Shown here in pieces: positions 27,554 through 37,211 of a DNA stretch of 64,000 nt; the stretch's first letter is position 1, and every line of letters begins with the position of its first letter. The notes below the pieces were generated by a model, which saw nothing but the letters and a program-made list of their open reading frames with translations, was not told the origin of the DNA and did not search any database. The DNA comes from Terriglobia bacterium (GTDB lineage Bacteria > Acidobacteriota > Terriglobia > 20CM-2-55-15): assembly GCA_965198225.1 (NCBI GenBank), contig CBDAOY010000008.1:736001-800000 (forward strand), read 5' to 3'. The position numbers and the translations under genes are program-made.

Positions 27554-28843
27554 ATGATTGTTTTCCCAAACGGCGTCAAGTCGGCTCCAGGCAGCCCCGG
27601 CCGGGCGGGCCGTCCCGCGGAGCCCGAAAGCTTTGAGGCCTATCTGTCTTCCGGCGGGTATCAGGCGCTTGAAGCCGCCCTCGGCCGGTCGCGGTCCGCC
27701 GTCATCGACGAGATTGCCGCTGCGGGACTGAGAGGGAAGGGCGGCGCGGGCTTTCCGGCCGCGAAGAAGTGGCAGATTGCCGCCGAGACAGACGCCCGTC
27801 CGCGCTACGTCGTCTGTAACGCCGGCGAAGATGAGCCGGGAAGTTTCAAGGACCGAGCCGCGATCGAGCACCGGCCGCACCTGGTCTTGGAAGGAATGAT
27901 CCTGGCGGCTTACGCGGTCGGTGCGGAGCAAGCCTACCTCTACCTCAACGAGACCTACGACACCTGTCACGATCGCATCAGCGGGGCGATAGCGGAGGCT
28001 CGCGGGGCGTCCTACCTGGGCGAGCGGATCTGCGGCACGACGTTTTCGATGGAAGTGTCAATCTGCAGAGCGCCGACGACGTATGTAGCCGGAGAGGACT
28101 CGGCATCCCTGGAATTCCTGGAGGGGCGCGAGGCGAAGCCGCGGGAAAAGCCACCTTACCCTGCAGTGGCCGGCCTGTACGGTAAGCCGACGATCGTCAA
28201 CAACGTGGAGACCCTGGCGCACGTTCCCGCGATCCTTCGGCACGGCGCCGCCTGGTATCGTGGTTTTGGAGTGGAACACAGTCCAGGCACGATGATCTTC
28301 TGCCTGGGCGAGGAGGTGAACGCGCCGGGCGCCTACGAGCTCCCTGTCGGGACGACCGCACGGTACTTGCTCGAAGAATGCGGGGGAGGGCTGCGGGACG
28401 CTCGATCGGTTCGGGCGTTCCTTCCCGGCGGGCCGTCGTGCGCTTTCCTGAAGGGCGACGACCTGGATGTTGCGCTCGAGCCGGAGGCGCTCAAGGCGGC
28501 GGGATCGAGTCTCGGTTGCGGTGTGATGCGGTATTATCCGGAAGGAACGTGCATGCTCGAACCCGCCCTAGATCTGGCGGGGTTTTTTGCGAAGGAATGC
28601 TGTGAGCAGTGTCCTGCGTGTCGAATGGAGACGTCGATGCTGGCAGCCTTGTTGGAGAGGATCCGGCAGGGGCAGGGCGATCGGCACCTGTACGAGCAGT
28701 TTCCGAAGATCATCGAATTCAATCGCGGAAAAGGTTACTGCGCTCTCATCAACATGCCGGGCCCCCCGCTTCTGAGCGCAATCCGGCTGTTCCGGGAGGA
28801 CTTCGATCATCACCTGGAGCATGGCACCTGCCTGCAGGCCTGA
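27554..28843 (+). CDS. NuoF/HoxF-like FMN- and NAD(P)H-binding [4Fe-4S] flavoprotein, outside any complex I operon
   Basis: GLRGKGGAGFP, CNAGEDEPGSFKDR, YVAGEDSA, PTIVNNVETL, PGGPS, CCEQCPACR...GYCAL. Confidence 0.9.
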   Translation: MIVFPNGVKSAPGSPGRAGRPAEPESFEAYLSSGGYQALEAALGRSRSAVIDEIAAAGLRGKGGAGFPAAKKWQIAAETDARPRYVVCNAGEDEPGSFKDRAAIEHRPHLVLEGMILAAYAVGAEQAYLYLNETYDTCHDRISGAIAEARGASYLGERICGTTFSMEVSICRAPTTYVAGEDSASLEFLEGREAKPREKPPYPAVAGLYGKPTIVNNVETLAHVPAILRHGAAWYRGFGVEHSPGTMIFCLGEEVNAPGAYELPVGTTARYLLEECGGGLRDARSVRAFLPGGPSCAFLKGDDLDVALEPEALKAAGSSLGCGVMRYYPEGTCMLEPALDLAGFFAKECCEQCPACRMETSMLAALLERIRQGQGDRHLYEQFPKIIEFNRGKGYCALINMPGPPLLSAIRLFREDFDHHLEHGTCLQA

Positions 28844-28845
28844 AC

Positions 28846-29571
28846 ATGTTTGACGACAAGATTGAAGCCGCTGACTTCAACAAGATGCCGGAGGAATACC
28901 GGGATCTGCTGGTTCGCGTGTTGCGGATTCAGGCCGACTGCGAAATAGGCGGACCGCATCTCTACGTACGCGAATGGTTGCTGGGGGCACCGAGCGCCGA
29001 AGAACAGTGGAAGGTTGCCAAGACAGCGGCGGAGGAGATCGACCATTTTCACAAGATCAATGTCCTGTTGAACGAGCTCGGCTTTGACGCCTCGGATCGC
29101 CTGTTCATACAGAAGCCGGAGCGTTACGTGGACGCGTTCCGGAAGGACATGCCGACGTGGGCGGACTGGGCCGTTTTCGGGATGCTGATCGACCGGGTGG
29201 GACAATATCAGCTCGACGAGTTCGTCGATTGCAGCTACCTGCCGTTGGCACGCCTTTTGCCGCCCTACGACAACCAGATCCTCGAGGAGGAGCAGGGACA
29301 CGTCCACTTCGGCCTTTTGAAGATGGTCGAGCTCATGAAGACCGAGGAAGGCAAGCGACAGGTCCAGAACGCTGTCGACCGGTGGTACATCACCGCCCTG
29401 GACATGTTCGGTCAGACGGAATCCCGGCGCAGCCATCGCTACATCGACTGGGGCATCAAGCGGCGCACGAACATGGAAGCGCGGCGGGCTTACATTGCCG
29501 AGGTGAACCCGATCCTGGAAAAACTGGGGCTGAACATTCCGGATGCCGAAGAGGGAAGGAAGTTCATGTAG
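28846..29571 (+). CDS. PaaA-like ferritin-fold di-iron protein
   Basis: KIEAAD..KMPEEYR, ADCEIG, APS, EEIDH, TWAD...G.LIDR, CSY.PLAR, EEQGH, Q.AVDRW...LDMFG, WGIKRRTN. Confidence 0.82.
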   Translation: MFDDKIEAADFNKMPEEYRDLLVRVLRIQADCEIGGPHLYVREWLLGAPSAEEQWKVAKTAAEEIDHFHKINVLLNELGFDASDRLFIQKPERYVDAFRKDMPTWADWAVFGMLIDRVGQYQLDEFVDCSYLPLARLLPPYDNQILEEEQGHVHFGLLKMVELMKTEEGKRQVQNAVDRWYITALDMFGQTESRRSHRYIDWGIKRRTNMEARRAYIAEVNPILEKLGLNIPDAEEGRKFM

Positions 29572-29658
29572 CAGGGAAGTGACAAGTTGTTGAAGAAGTG
29601 GTCAGCCAGCCGGAAACCCCTGCGGCCATCTCTCAACTGACTACTGACTACTTCTTCT

Positions 29659-30444
29659 TCACTTCCCCTTGAACTTCGGCTCCCTTTTCTCCAGGAACGC
29701 CTCGACGCCTTCCTTGAAGTCATCGGTGCGGGTGGTTTCGGCGATCAGGGCACTCTCCTGCGCGAGGTGGACGTCGAGCAGGTTCTTGTGGCTGCTGTTG
29801 ATCAAAAGCTTGATCCTGCCCAAGGCCTCGGTGGGCCCCCGGGCCATTTGCTTCGCCCAGACGGAAGTCTCTTCCTCCAATCGATCATCCGGAACGACGC
29901 GATTGATGATTCCCCATTTGTATGCGTCGGTCGCCGAAATGGAATCCCCCGTGAAGAACAACTCAGTCGCCTTCCCGACTCCCACGAGGCGCGGGAGGAA
30001 ATAGGTTCCTTCGGAGGTCAGGCCGAGCTGGACCCACGATTGGTTGAAACTGGCCGACTCGGCGGCGATCCGAAGGTCGCATGCCAGCGCGAGGTTGAAC
30101 CCCTGACCGCTCGCGACGCCGTGGATGGCGGCGATCACGGGCTTCGGGATCGTCCGCAGTTGCATCTCGAGCAAGTGCACCCGGTTGATCCAGTTCTTCA
30201 TGAACGCCTCGGTGTCGCCATCCATCATGTTTTCCATGACATGGATGTCGCCGCCGGAACTGAAGGCTCTGCCGTTCCCCTTTAGGATGATGGCGCGAAC
30301 ATCGCTGTTCTGAGTGGCATCGAAGATTGCCCGGAGCATCTCGTCCAGCATGTCGAGATCGATGGCGTTCAGGTTTTCGGGCCGGTCCATAGTGAGCGTA
30401 CCGACCTGATCGACCACTGAAAACTGGATGTTCTTGTAGTCCAT
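29659..30444 (-). CDS. Enoyl-CoA hydratase/isomerase (PaaG-like crotonase)
   Basis: RPENLNA, AFSSGGD, PKPVIAAIHGVASGQGFNLALACD, DFKEGVEAFLEKREPKFKG. Confidence 0.85.
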   Translation of the reverse strand: MDYKNIQFSVVDQVGTLTMDRPENLNAIDLDMLDEMLRAIFDATQNSDVRAIILKGNGRAFSSGGDIHVMENMMDGDTEAFMKNWINRVHLLEMQLRTIPKPVIAAIHGVASGQGFNLALACDLRIAAESASFNQSWVQLGLTSEGTYFLPRLVGVGKATELFFTGDSISATDAYKWGIINRVVPDDRLEEETSVWAKQMARGPTEALGRIKLLINSSHKNLLDVHLAQESALIAETTRTDDFKEGVEAFLEKREPKFKGK

Positions 30445-30518
30445 AGGGCGGCGATTATACCAGATCGATTTCGGGGCCCTCGGCCTCGACTGAAGCGGTC
30501 GGCGGCCCAAGGGTTGTC

Positions 30519-31592
30519 TTAGGCGAGAAGGGCGCGCTGGACGAACCAGTAGAACCCCAATGACATGATCGCTACCGAAGCGACGGTCATGACACGTTCC
30601 TTCCAGCGAGTTCGGCCGAGGTAGATCAACAGGGGAAACAGCGCGCTGACAAACACCAGTTGGCCGATCTCCACTCCGATATTGAAGGAGAACAGCGACA
30701 CCGCAAGCGTTCGGCGGCTCAGCTCCATTTCCTGCAGGACGTTCGAGAACCCGAACCCATGGACGAGTCCGAAGAGGAAGGTGATCTTCCAGCGATGGAC
30801 CAGGGTGTGACCCGTGAAGTTTTCGATGGCGATGTAGGCGATGCTCAGCGCAATCAGGCTCTCGATGAGTCGCGCCGGCAGGGCGACCAGGCCGAAGGTT
30901 GCCAACGCGAGAGTGACGCTGTGCGCGAGGGTGAAGGAAGTAACGACTTTGGCAAGCGCCAGGAGAGTGGTCGTCGCCATCAGGAGGCCCACGAGAAAGG
31001 CCAGATGGTCGTAGCCCGTGAATATGTGTTCGATCCCGAGCTCGCTGAAATCCAGCATCGTCACCCAGAGGGGAACGCCGGCAGCATAATCGATGTCGAT
31101 TTCCGGTTCGTCGGCGCTGAGCACACCGTGGCGTGCTTCGTCACCTTCGCCGATCTGCAGGAGGTGGCGATGGTTGGGTTGTGTGATCTCGTCGAGCCTC
31201 GACACAACCCGGAGGTCGGTCACCTCGTGTTCGAATCGGTAGACGATGTTCAGCCGGGCGACGTTGTCGGCGACGAAATCATAGTTGTCGAGAAAGGACT
31301 CCGCCGGAACATCGGGTGCCCGGACCAGAAAGTGCTCTCGGATCGCCTCGAAAAACTCGACGATGACTTCATCGAGCTCGTCGGAGGTGGCGAGGCCGTC
31401 GGCGTCGGCGTCGACCTGCGGCCCGGCGTGCAGGTCCAGGAGGTTCAGCGTCAGCGCGACCCGAACGACCGGGCCTTCCGCGGAGAAACGGGAATAGCTG
31501 GTCGAGAAGTCGTGGGCCGTGGCTCTCGTGGCAAAAGCCAGAGCCAGGAGGAGAAAAAGACCTACTGTAAAAGCCCTACGTCGTTTCAACAT
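30519..31592 (-). CDS. HupE/UreJ-family protein with an extracytoplasmic N-terminal domain
   Basis: Signal peptide ending AH; GIEHIFTGYDHLAF, TSFTLAHSVTL, FGLVHGFGFS, FNIGVEIGQ. Confidence 0.88.
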   Translation of the reverse strand: MLKRRRAFTVGLFLLLALAFATRATAHDFSTSYSRFSAEGPVVRVALTLNLLDLHAGPQVDADADGLATSDELDEVIVEFFEAIREHFLVRAPDVPAESFLDNYDFVADNVARLNIVYRFEHEVTDLRVVSRLDEITQPNHRHLLQIGEGDEARHGVLSADEPEIDIDYAAGVPLWVTMLDFSELGIEHIFTGYDHLAFLVGLLMATTTLLALAKVVTSFTLAHSVTLALATFGLVALPARLIESLIALSIAYIAIENFTGHTLVHRWKITFLFGLVHGFGFSNVLQEMELSRRTLAVSLFSFNIGVEIGQLVFVSALFPLLIYLGRTRWKERVMTVASVAIMSLGFYWFVQRALLA

Positions 31593-31686
31593 GCCCTCCA
31601 GATCGTATACTGATTCCGGCACGGGTGTTGCATTACTTTTCTCCGTCCGAGATCGGTGAATCGGACCGGTTGACGCTCCGACTCCT

Positions 31687-32172
31687 ATGACCTACATCCT
31701 CGCAGCGACACTGCTCCCGCCCCTCTTGATTTTCGGGCTGTATCACCTGGCCACGTGGTTCGACCTGTTCGGCATCAATAAAATGGCGTTCTGGCGGCGG
31801 CTCGCCCTGACCTCCGCGATCGCGCACGCATTCCTCGTCACTGGCTTCTTTCTGTTCTCCTACTATGATTTTCAGGACAACCGCCTGCTGCTGTCCGGAG
31901 GGAGCAGCTTTGAAGCGTTCCTGTTCGGCAGGTCTGAATTCTGGCGCCTGATGGTGATCTTCGACACCGTCCCCGCAATGGTCACCTTGGGATTGTTCTC
32001 GGTGGCCGATCGCTTGGAAGTCGGCTTACCCGCCCCGCTCTTCGCGACCATCGTGATCGTCTACATCGCCGGAACGGCACAGTGGTACTGGGTAGGAGGA
32101 GGCCTGGCCGCCGCCCTGGAGAGGATCTGGGAAGGGCTGAAGACGCAGGATGATGACCTGGATTGGATGTAG
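31687..32172 (+). CDS. Hypothetical membrane protein (about 4 TM)
   Basis: Hydrophobic 161-aa ORF with an acidic tail. Confidence 0.6.
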   Translation: MTYILAATLLPPLLIFGLYHLATWFDLFGINKMAFWRRLALTSAIAHAFLVTGFFLFSYYDFQDNRLLLSGGSSFEAFLFGRSEFWRLMVIFDTVPAMVTLGLFSVADRLEVGLPAPLFATIVIVYIAGTAQWYWVGGGLAAALERIWEGLKTQDDDLDWM

Positions 32173-32219
32173 TGGGGAAGTAGTCAGTTGGCGAGAACAC
32201 CAGGTTAGCAGAAACCCAG

Positions 32220-32326
32220 ACTCCCCTCCTCAGATGAGGAGGGGTGGCGCGAAGCGCCGGGGTGGTGCTGACCAAGAGATTCTGCGCCTGTGGCGCAGCT
32301 ACGCCTCCTTATCCAGGGAGGGGAGT
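32220..32326. repeat. CTCCCCTCCT..AGGAGGGG palindromic repeat family
   Basis: CTCCCCTCCTCAGATGAGGAGGGG...CTCCTTATCCAGGGAGGGGAG; related copies at 36753 and 39815-40014. Confidence 0.75.
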
Positions 32327-32404
32327 CGTTTTTAACTTCCACACTGCTGACCAACTGACTACCGACTACGGACAACGGCCTACGTCTTCTGTTATCCTGC
32401 CCGC

Positions 32405-33113
32405 GTGATTCGCCGCGTTGCGCTCTTCGTCTCCTGTCTTGTAGATCAGTTTTATCCTCAGGTCGGCTTCGACACCGTCCGGGTGCTGGAACGCGCCGGA
32501 CTGGAGGTGATCGTTCCGCCCGACCAGACCTGCTGCGGACAGCCCGCCTGGAACAGCGGATACCATGACGAAGCGCGAGGTGTGCTCGAAGCCGCCGGGC
32601 GATGTCTGGCGTCTGCGGACGTGGACGCGGTTGTGGTTCCATCCGGTTCCTGCGCGGCCATGATGCGCGTCTCCTCGGCGGAATTGACCGATAGTCCTCC
32701 GGCCGTGTTCCAGAGGACCTACGAATTGTCGGAGTTGCTCGTCCACCAGATGGGGATCGAGGACATCGGCGCGAGGTTCGAGGCGAAGGTCGTCTACCAC
32801 GATTCCTGCCATCTGCTCCGCGGCCTCGGTGAGTCCGTCGCGCCACGCCGTTTGCTTGGGGCAGTCAAGGGGCTGGAGCTGCTCGAGATGCCGGAGGCTG
32901 AATGCTGCGGGTTTGGCGGCGCGTTTTCAATCAAGATGCCGGCGATCGCGAACGCGATGCGTTCGGACAGGATCGACGCCATTGTTGCCAGCGGAGCAAA
33001 CGCGGTCGTGTCGGCCGACATGGGTTGTCTCATGCATCTTAGTGGTGGTCTGAGCGACAAGGGGGGCCGCGGTGCGGACTCTGCATCTCGCGGAGGTCCT
33101 GGCCAGATCATGA
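32405..33113 (+). CDS. lutA: LutA/YkgE CCG-domain Fe-S protein (probable +1 indel in the G run at 33061-33066)
   Basis: SCLVDQFYP, QTCCGQP, PSGSC, YHDSCH, CCGFGG, DMGCLMH; the true end VRTLHLAEVLARS* lies in the shifted frame. Confidence 0.82.
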
Positions 33114-34483
33114 AGTCCTTCACAGACCGAGTCGAAGAAGCGCTGACCAATTCGGGACTTCAGCGTGCCCTAACGTCGGGGACGCGGCTGGCGCGGCAGA
33201 ACCGCGCCGAGGCGTTCGAATGGATGCAGGGCGAGGGACTCGAGACGGAGCAGATGCGTGAGGCGGCCCATCGGACCAAGATGGAGATTCTCGGAGACCT
33301 GGACCGATGGCTGGATCGACTCGAGGAGAGCGTCGTCGCCAACGGCGGCGTGGTCCAGCGAGCGGGAACGGCCGCGGAGGCCTGCGACTACATCCTTCGG
33401 CTTGCAGACGACAACGATGTTCGATCGGTCGTGAAGAGTAAATCGATGGTCACCGAAGAGATCGATCTCAACGAACGGTTCGAGCGCGCCGGTATCGAAG
33501 TCCTGGAGACGGACCTTGGGGAGTACATCATTCAGCTCGCGCAGGAGCGCCCCTCCCACATCGTTGCTCCGGCGATCCACAAGTCCCGTTCCGACGTTGC
33601 CGACCTGTACCACGAACTGTTTGGCACCGATCGCGACATGACGGCGGCCGAGCTGACAGCGTGGACGCGGCGGCGGCTTCGCCCCCGGTTCCTGGACGCG
33701 GACATGGGCGTATCCGGTGCGAACTTCGCGATCGCCGACACCGGAACCCTGGTCATCGTCGAAAACGAAGGCAACGCCCGGTTGACGACGAGTGTTCCGC
33801 GAATCCATGTAGCGGTCACAGGCATCGAGAAAGTGATCCGCTCCTGGACCGATTTGCAGACGCTACTGCCGTTGCTGCCGACCAGCGCGACGGGCCAGCG
33901 GATTACCAGCTACGTTTCGTTCCTGAACGGCCCGCGCCGCCCGGGTGAAACCGAGGGTCCCGAGCAATTCCACCTCATTCTCCTCGACAACGGCCGCCGC
34001 GAGATCCACAGCGACCCGGTCTTCAGGGAAGCGCTCGCTTGCATCCGGTGTGGCGCCTGCCTCAACGCATGTCCCGTTTATAGTCGAATCGGGGGGCACG
34101 CCTACGGATGGGTGTACCAGGGACCGATCGGCGCCGTCATCACTCCCCACCTGAAGGGAATCGAGGCGGCAGGAGAACTGCCCTTCGCATCGTCGCTTTG
34201 CGGTGCCTGTATGGACGCGTGTCCCGTAAAGATCGACATTCCCAGCCTCCTCATTCATCAACGCGATCGCATCAACCGGGAGGACCGCCCGCACGCACCG
34301 TTCGAGCGGTGGGCCTTCAGGCTGTGGAGCTGGTTTGCCGCCCGGCCGCGAATGTATCGTCGAGGCGCTCGTCTTGGGCGTTGGTTAGTGACTCGGAAAA
34401 TACCCGCGACAAGGACGGGTAAGAAAAGTTTCCTGGAACAATGGAACTCGTCAGGAAATTCGAAGCAGCAGCGCGCACACTAG
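33110..34483 (+). CDS. lutB: LutB/YkgF lactate-utilization Fe-S protein
   Basis: VKSKSMVTEE, ETDLGEYIIQL, PSHIVAPAIH, ENEGN, CIRCGACLNACPVY, SSLCGAC..ACPV. Confidence 0.92.
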   Translation: MKSFTDRVEEALTNSGLQRALTSGTRLARQNRAEAFEWMQGEGLETEQMREAAHRTKMEILGDLDRWLDRLEESVVANGGVVQRAGTAAEACDYILRLADDNDVRSVVKSKSMVTEEIDLNERFERAGIEVLETDLGEYIIQLAQERPSHIVAPAIHKSRSDVADLYHELFGTDRDMTAAELTAWTRRRLRPRFLDADMGVSGANFAIADTGTLVIVENEGNARLTTSVPRIHVAVTGIEKVIRSWTDLQTLLPLLPTSATGQRITSYVSFLNGPRRPGETEGPEQFHLILLDNGRREIHSDPVFREALACIRCGACLNACPVYSRIGGHAYGWVYQGPIGAVITPHLKGIEAAGELPFASSLCGACMDACPVKIDIPSLLIHQRDRINREDRPHAPFERWAFRLWSWFAARPRMYRRGARLGRWLVTRKIPATRTGKKSFLEQWNSSGNSKQQRAH

Positions 34484-34932
34484 CCACACCCTGCGTGCAG
34501 ATGGACCGCGATCAACTCGAGTCAGGTCTCGCGGCCTACCTCGGTGAAATGGGTGTTCGGAGCGTCGTGGTCGACTCCGAACGGGTTCGCCTGGAGGCAT
34601 TCGAGCACGTGGATTCGCCTCGAGCCGATTGTGGCGTGACCGACGTACTGTGGGGCATCGCATCGACGGGTACCCTTGCGATACCGATGACACCGGACAA
34701 CCGACGAACAACGTCCTTGGTTCCCCCGCTTCATGTCGCTCTGCTCGGAAAGGAGGATCTGATTCCCGATCTCACGATGGCCCTCGATCACCTGTATCAG
34801 GGAATGATGAAAAGGGAGGATCGTCCGTCGAGCGTAGTTTTCGTCACCGGTGCGAGTCGGACCGCCGATATCGAGTTGGACCTGGTCGTCGGGGTGCATG
34901 GGCCTCGGGAGTTACACGTGGTGTTGTTCTAG
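34441..34932 (+). CDS. lutC: LutC/YkgG LUD-domain protein
   Basis: IASTGTL, SLVPPLHV, TGASRTADIEL.LV.GVHGP. Confidence 0.9.
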   Translation: MELVRKFEAAARTLATPCVQMDRDQLESGLAAYLGEMGVRSVVVDSERVRLEAFEHVDSPRADCGVTDVLWGIASTGTLAIPMTPDNRRTTSLVPPLHVALLGKEDLIPDLTMALDHLYQGMMKREDRPSSVVFVTGASRTADIELDLVVGVHGPRELHVVLF

Positions 34933-35745
34933 GGCGTGTTAACACTAATGAGCATGAATGTTTTATAATCACGCATGGAGATCACACAGGAGCAGTATTG
35001 TCGCATCGAGCCGGAACTGCCGCGTCAGCGGGGCAACGTCAGTCTTTCGAACCTGACGGTCTTGAACGCCATTTTGTATGTGGCTGAGCAGGGCTGCAAG
35101 TGGCGCGGTCTGCCCAAGCGCTTTGGCAACTGGCACACCATCTACACCCGGATGAACCGCTGGTCCAAGAACGGCGTGCTCGACGCCGTCTTCGAGAAAC
35201 TCCAGCGCGAGCAACTGGTCCGCATCCGGGTCGAAGCCGTTTCGATGGACTCAACCATTGTGAAGGTGCATCCCGACGGCACGGGAGCGTTAAAAAAAAC
35301 GGTCCGCAAGCGATCGGCAAATCCCGCGGCGGATGGACCACCAAGATTCATCTGGTTGCCGCGAATGCTCGAACGGCGATAACGTTTGCGCTCTCGCCCG
35401 GCCAAGCGCACGACGCCCCGCAGGGCCGCGATCTGCTCGCCGGCCTGGGGCCATTGCCCGCGCCGCTGCCGCTGCTGATGGACCGTGCCTACCAGGACGA
35501 CCAGACCCGCCAATTGGCTCTGGATTTTGGGTGGATTCCCGTCGTGCCGCCCAAGCGCAACCGCCTGGAGCCGTGGGAATACGACCGCGTGCTCTACCGC
35601 CGCAGGAACGAAGTCGAGAGGCTCTTCCGCCGACTCAAGGGTTTCCGGCGTATCTTCTCCCGTTTCGATAAACTCGACGTCATGTTCCTCGCCTTCCTTC
35701 ACTTCGCGCTCATCGTCGAGGCACTACGTTAGTGTTAACACGCCC
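34932..35745 (+). mobile_element. IS5-family (IS427 group) insertion sequence, apparently complete
   Basis: Perfect 16-bp TIR GGGCGTGTTAACACTA / TAGTGTTAACACGCCC; inserted in CTAG with TA duplication. Confidence 0.92.
34975..35732 (+). CDS. IS5-family DDE transposase (two ORFs joined by a probable -1 frameshift at A8, 35292-35299)
   Basis: GCKWRGLP..FGNWHTIY.R..RW; DST.VK.H; IGKSRGG.TTKIH; MDRAY; YRRRNEVERLFRRLK.FRRI..RFDK. Confidence 0.9.
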
Positions 35746-35769
35746 TAGTGACCTGTTACAGGTCACTAG
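35745..35769. repeat. Collapsed TIR-only copy of the E2-type element (25-bp palindrome)
   Basis: CTAGTGACCTGT-T-ACAGGTCACTAG, matching the TIR starts of 46073-46347. Confidence 0.75.
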
Positions 35770-36038
35770 CCAATAGCGGGAACGATTTCGACTTCGGCGC
35801 CGTCCGGGATTACCGCACTCATGTTTCCGGTGTCGCGAGCATCTTCGCCGTCGATATAGATGTTGAGTCCGGGATGGATCCGACCGTCTCTTCCGCAGGC
35901 ATGGTTCCGGAAACCGGGATGCCGTCGCTCGATGGCGGCGATCAGTTCCGAAACTGTCGCAACCTCCAGCTCCATCCGGGCCTTGGTGCGGAGATTCTGC
36001 CGGAGGGGCAGGTGAATCCAGACGCTGGAGACTCCCAT
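35766..36038 (-). CDS. MoaD/ThiS-family ubiquitin-like protein (ends PAIG)
   Basis: ATVSELIAAIERRHPG, NIYIDGED, DGAEVEIVPAIG*. Confidence 0.78.
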   Translation of the reverse strand: MGVSSVWIHLPLRQNLRTKARMELEVATVSELIAAIERRHPGFRNHACGRDGRIHPGLNIYIDGEDARDTGNMSAVIPDGAEVEIVPAIG

Positions 36039-36046
36039 CGGCTGAG

Positions 36047-36634
36047 CTACTGTGCGACGGGTTGTTCTTTCCGGTTCGGGACGACGCTGTCGTTCTTGAA
36101 CGGGCTTACTCCGCGCGTCGAGAACGTCGGTTCCGAGGTGTTTCTGCAGTCGTAGTAGTCCCACCGTTGGGTGTGGTCGCACACGAAGACTTCATCGAAC
36201 AGCATGGAGCTGATAGGCAGAGTCACAGTTTTCCGGGTGTTGCGTATCACGAAGACCGGATGGAAGCCTTCCCGCGACAGTCCGTTCCACCGGATCCGGT
36301 CGTCATCGCTGAGCGGCCCGACGGCATCGCTGAGGACCTCGCGGAAGAACCGAAGCTTGAAGCCGTCATGAAGGTGGTTCGTTGCAACAACATAGTCGTT
36401 GCCCTGATGGAAAAGGAGGAGCTTGCTTGTGGCCCGGCGGTAAATGAGCGGAAAGATCGAAAGTACGAGGGTGACGACTGCAACCAGACCCAGACCCATC
36501 AGACCCAGGCGGACCGGTCCAGAGCTGCCAGGAAAGGTCGATGCAACGCCGATCAGAACGGCGATCGCCGAGACGATGGCCAGGGCGCCTGCCAAACGCA
36601 TGCGGTTGATTTCGTTCCGTCCGAGCACGACCAT
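36047..36634 (-). CDS. Hypothetical protein with two N-terminal TM helices
   Basis: RBS GGAGG, ATG 36634, 2 TM then a soluble domain. Confidence 0.55.
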   Translation of the reverse strand: MVVLGRNEINRMRLAGALAIVSAIAVLIGVASTFPGSSGPVRLGLMGLGLVAVVTLVLSIFPLIYRRATSKLLLFHQGNDYVVATNHLHDGFKLRFFREVLSDAVGPLSDDDRIRWNGLSREGFHPVFVIRNTRKTVTLPISSMLFDEVFVCDHTQRWDYYDCRNTSEPTFSTRGVSPFKNDSVVPNRKEQPVAQ

Positions 36635-36794
36635 GATTGACCCTCCGGCCCAAACTTCAAACCTGTCATTATACCGGGGCTGCAGGCGTGTTGCCAGCAG
36701 CCCCGGTAGTGGCCGGTTGTCACGAGTCAGTTGCCGGTTGTGCAGGGAACGACTTCCCTCCTCAGATGAGGAGGGAAGTCGTTCCCTGACTCTC

Positions 36795-37150
36795 ATGAGA
36801 TATTCATCCGACGCATTGAGAGCCCACGCTTCTCCATTGATCGAGATCGCGAGTGCCGCCGAGCAAGTTCCGGGTGTTTATCGTCTCTTCTACGGTGAGT
36901 CATCAGTCTTGGGGAGCAGGAGGCGCTGTGGCAAATGGCCCTGGCGCACGACTTTGTGATTCTGAGCGACGAGGTCTACGAACGGCTGGTGTTTGATGGG
37001 CGAGTTGCGCCTTCGTTCGCGAGGGTGGCGACGGACAGAGAGCACTTGCTTGTCGTCAACAGCTTCTCAAAGACCTACAACATGACCGGTTGGCGGTTAG
37101 GCTATGCTTTGGGTAGCCCAACTTTGATCGCTCTGATGACGAAGGTTGAA
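36795..37150 (+). pseudogene. Class I/II PLP aminotransferase remnant
   Basis: N-terminus MRYSS..L.YGES, then an internal deletion, then ILSDEVYERL and NSFSKTYNMTGWRLGY; truncated at the IS21 fragment. Confidence 0.82.
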
Positions 37151-37211
37151 GACCCGGATCGGCGTAAATGGTGTCGTTGCAGGCCGGTTTGGCGGCCCCG
37201 ATTAGACGACG

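Noticed and set aside
27554-28843. Respiratory complex I or hydrogenase operon
   Set aside because: No other nuo, hox or fdh genes are nearby; the gene is embedded in the aromatic-CoA cluster.
30519-31592. HupE/UreJ as evidence for a hydrogenase or urease locus
   Set aside because: This long form commonly stands alone, and no Ni-enzyme genes are in the window.
32405-34483. Apparent novel LutA-LutB fusion (692-aa ORF)
   Set aside because: Removing one G from the G6 run at 33061-33066 restores the canonical LutA end (VRTLHLAEVLARS*) with an ATGA overlap onto the lutB ATG at 33110. A homopolymer indel is the most likely cause.
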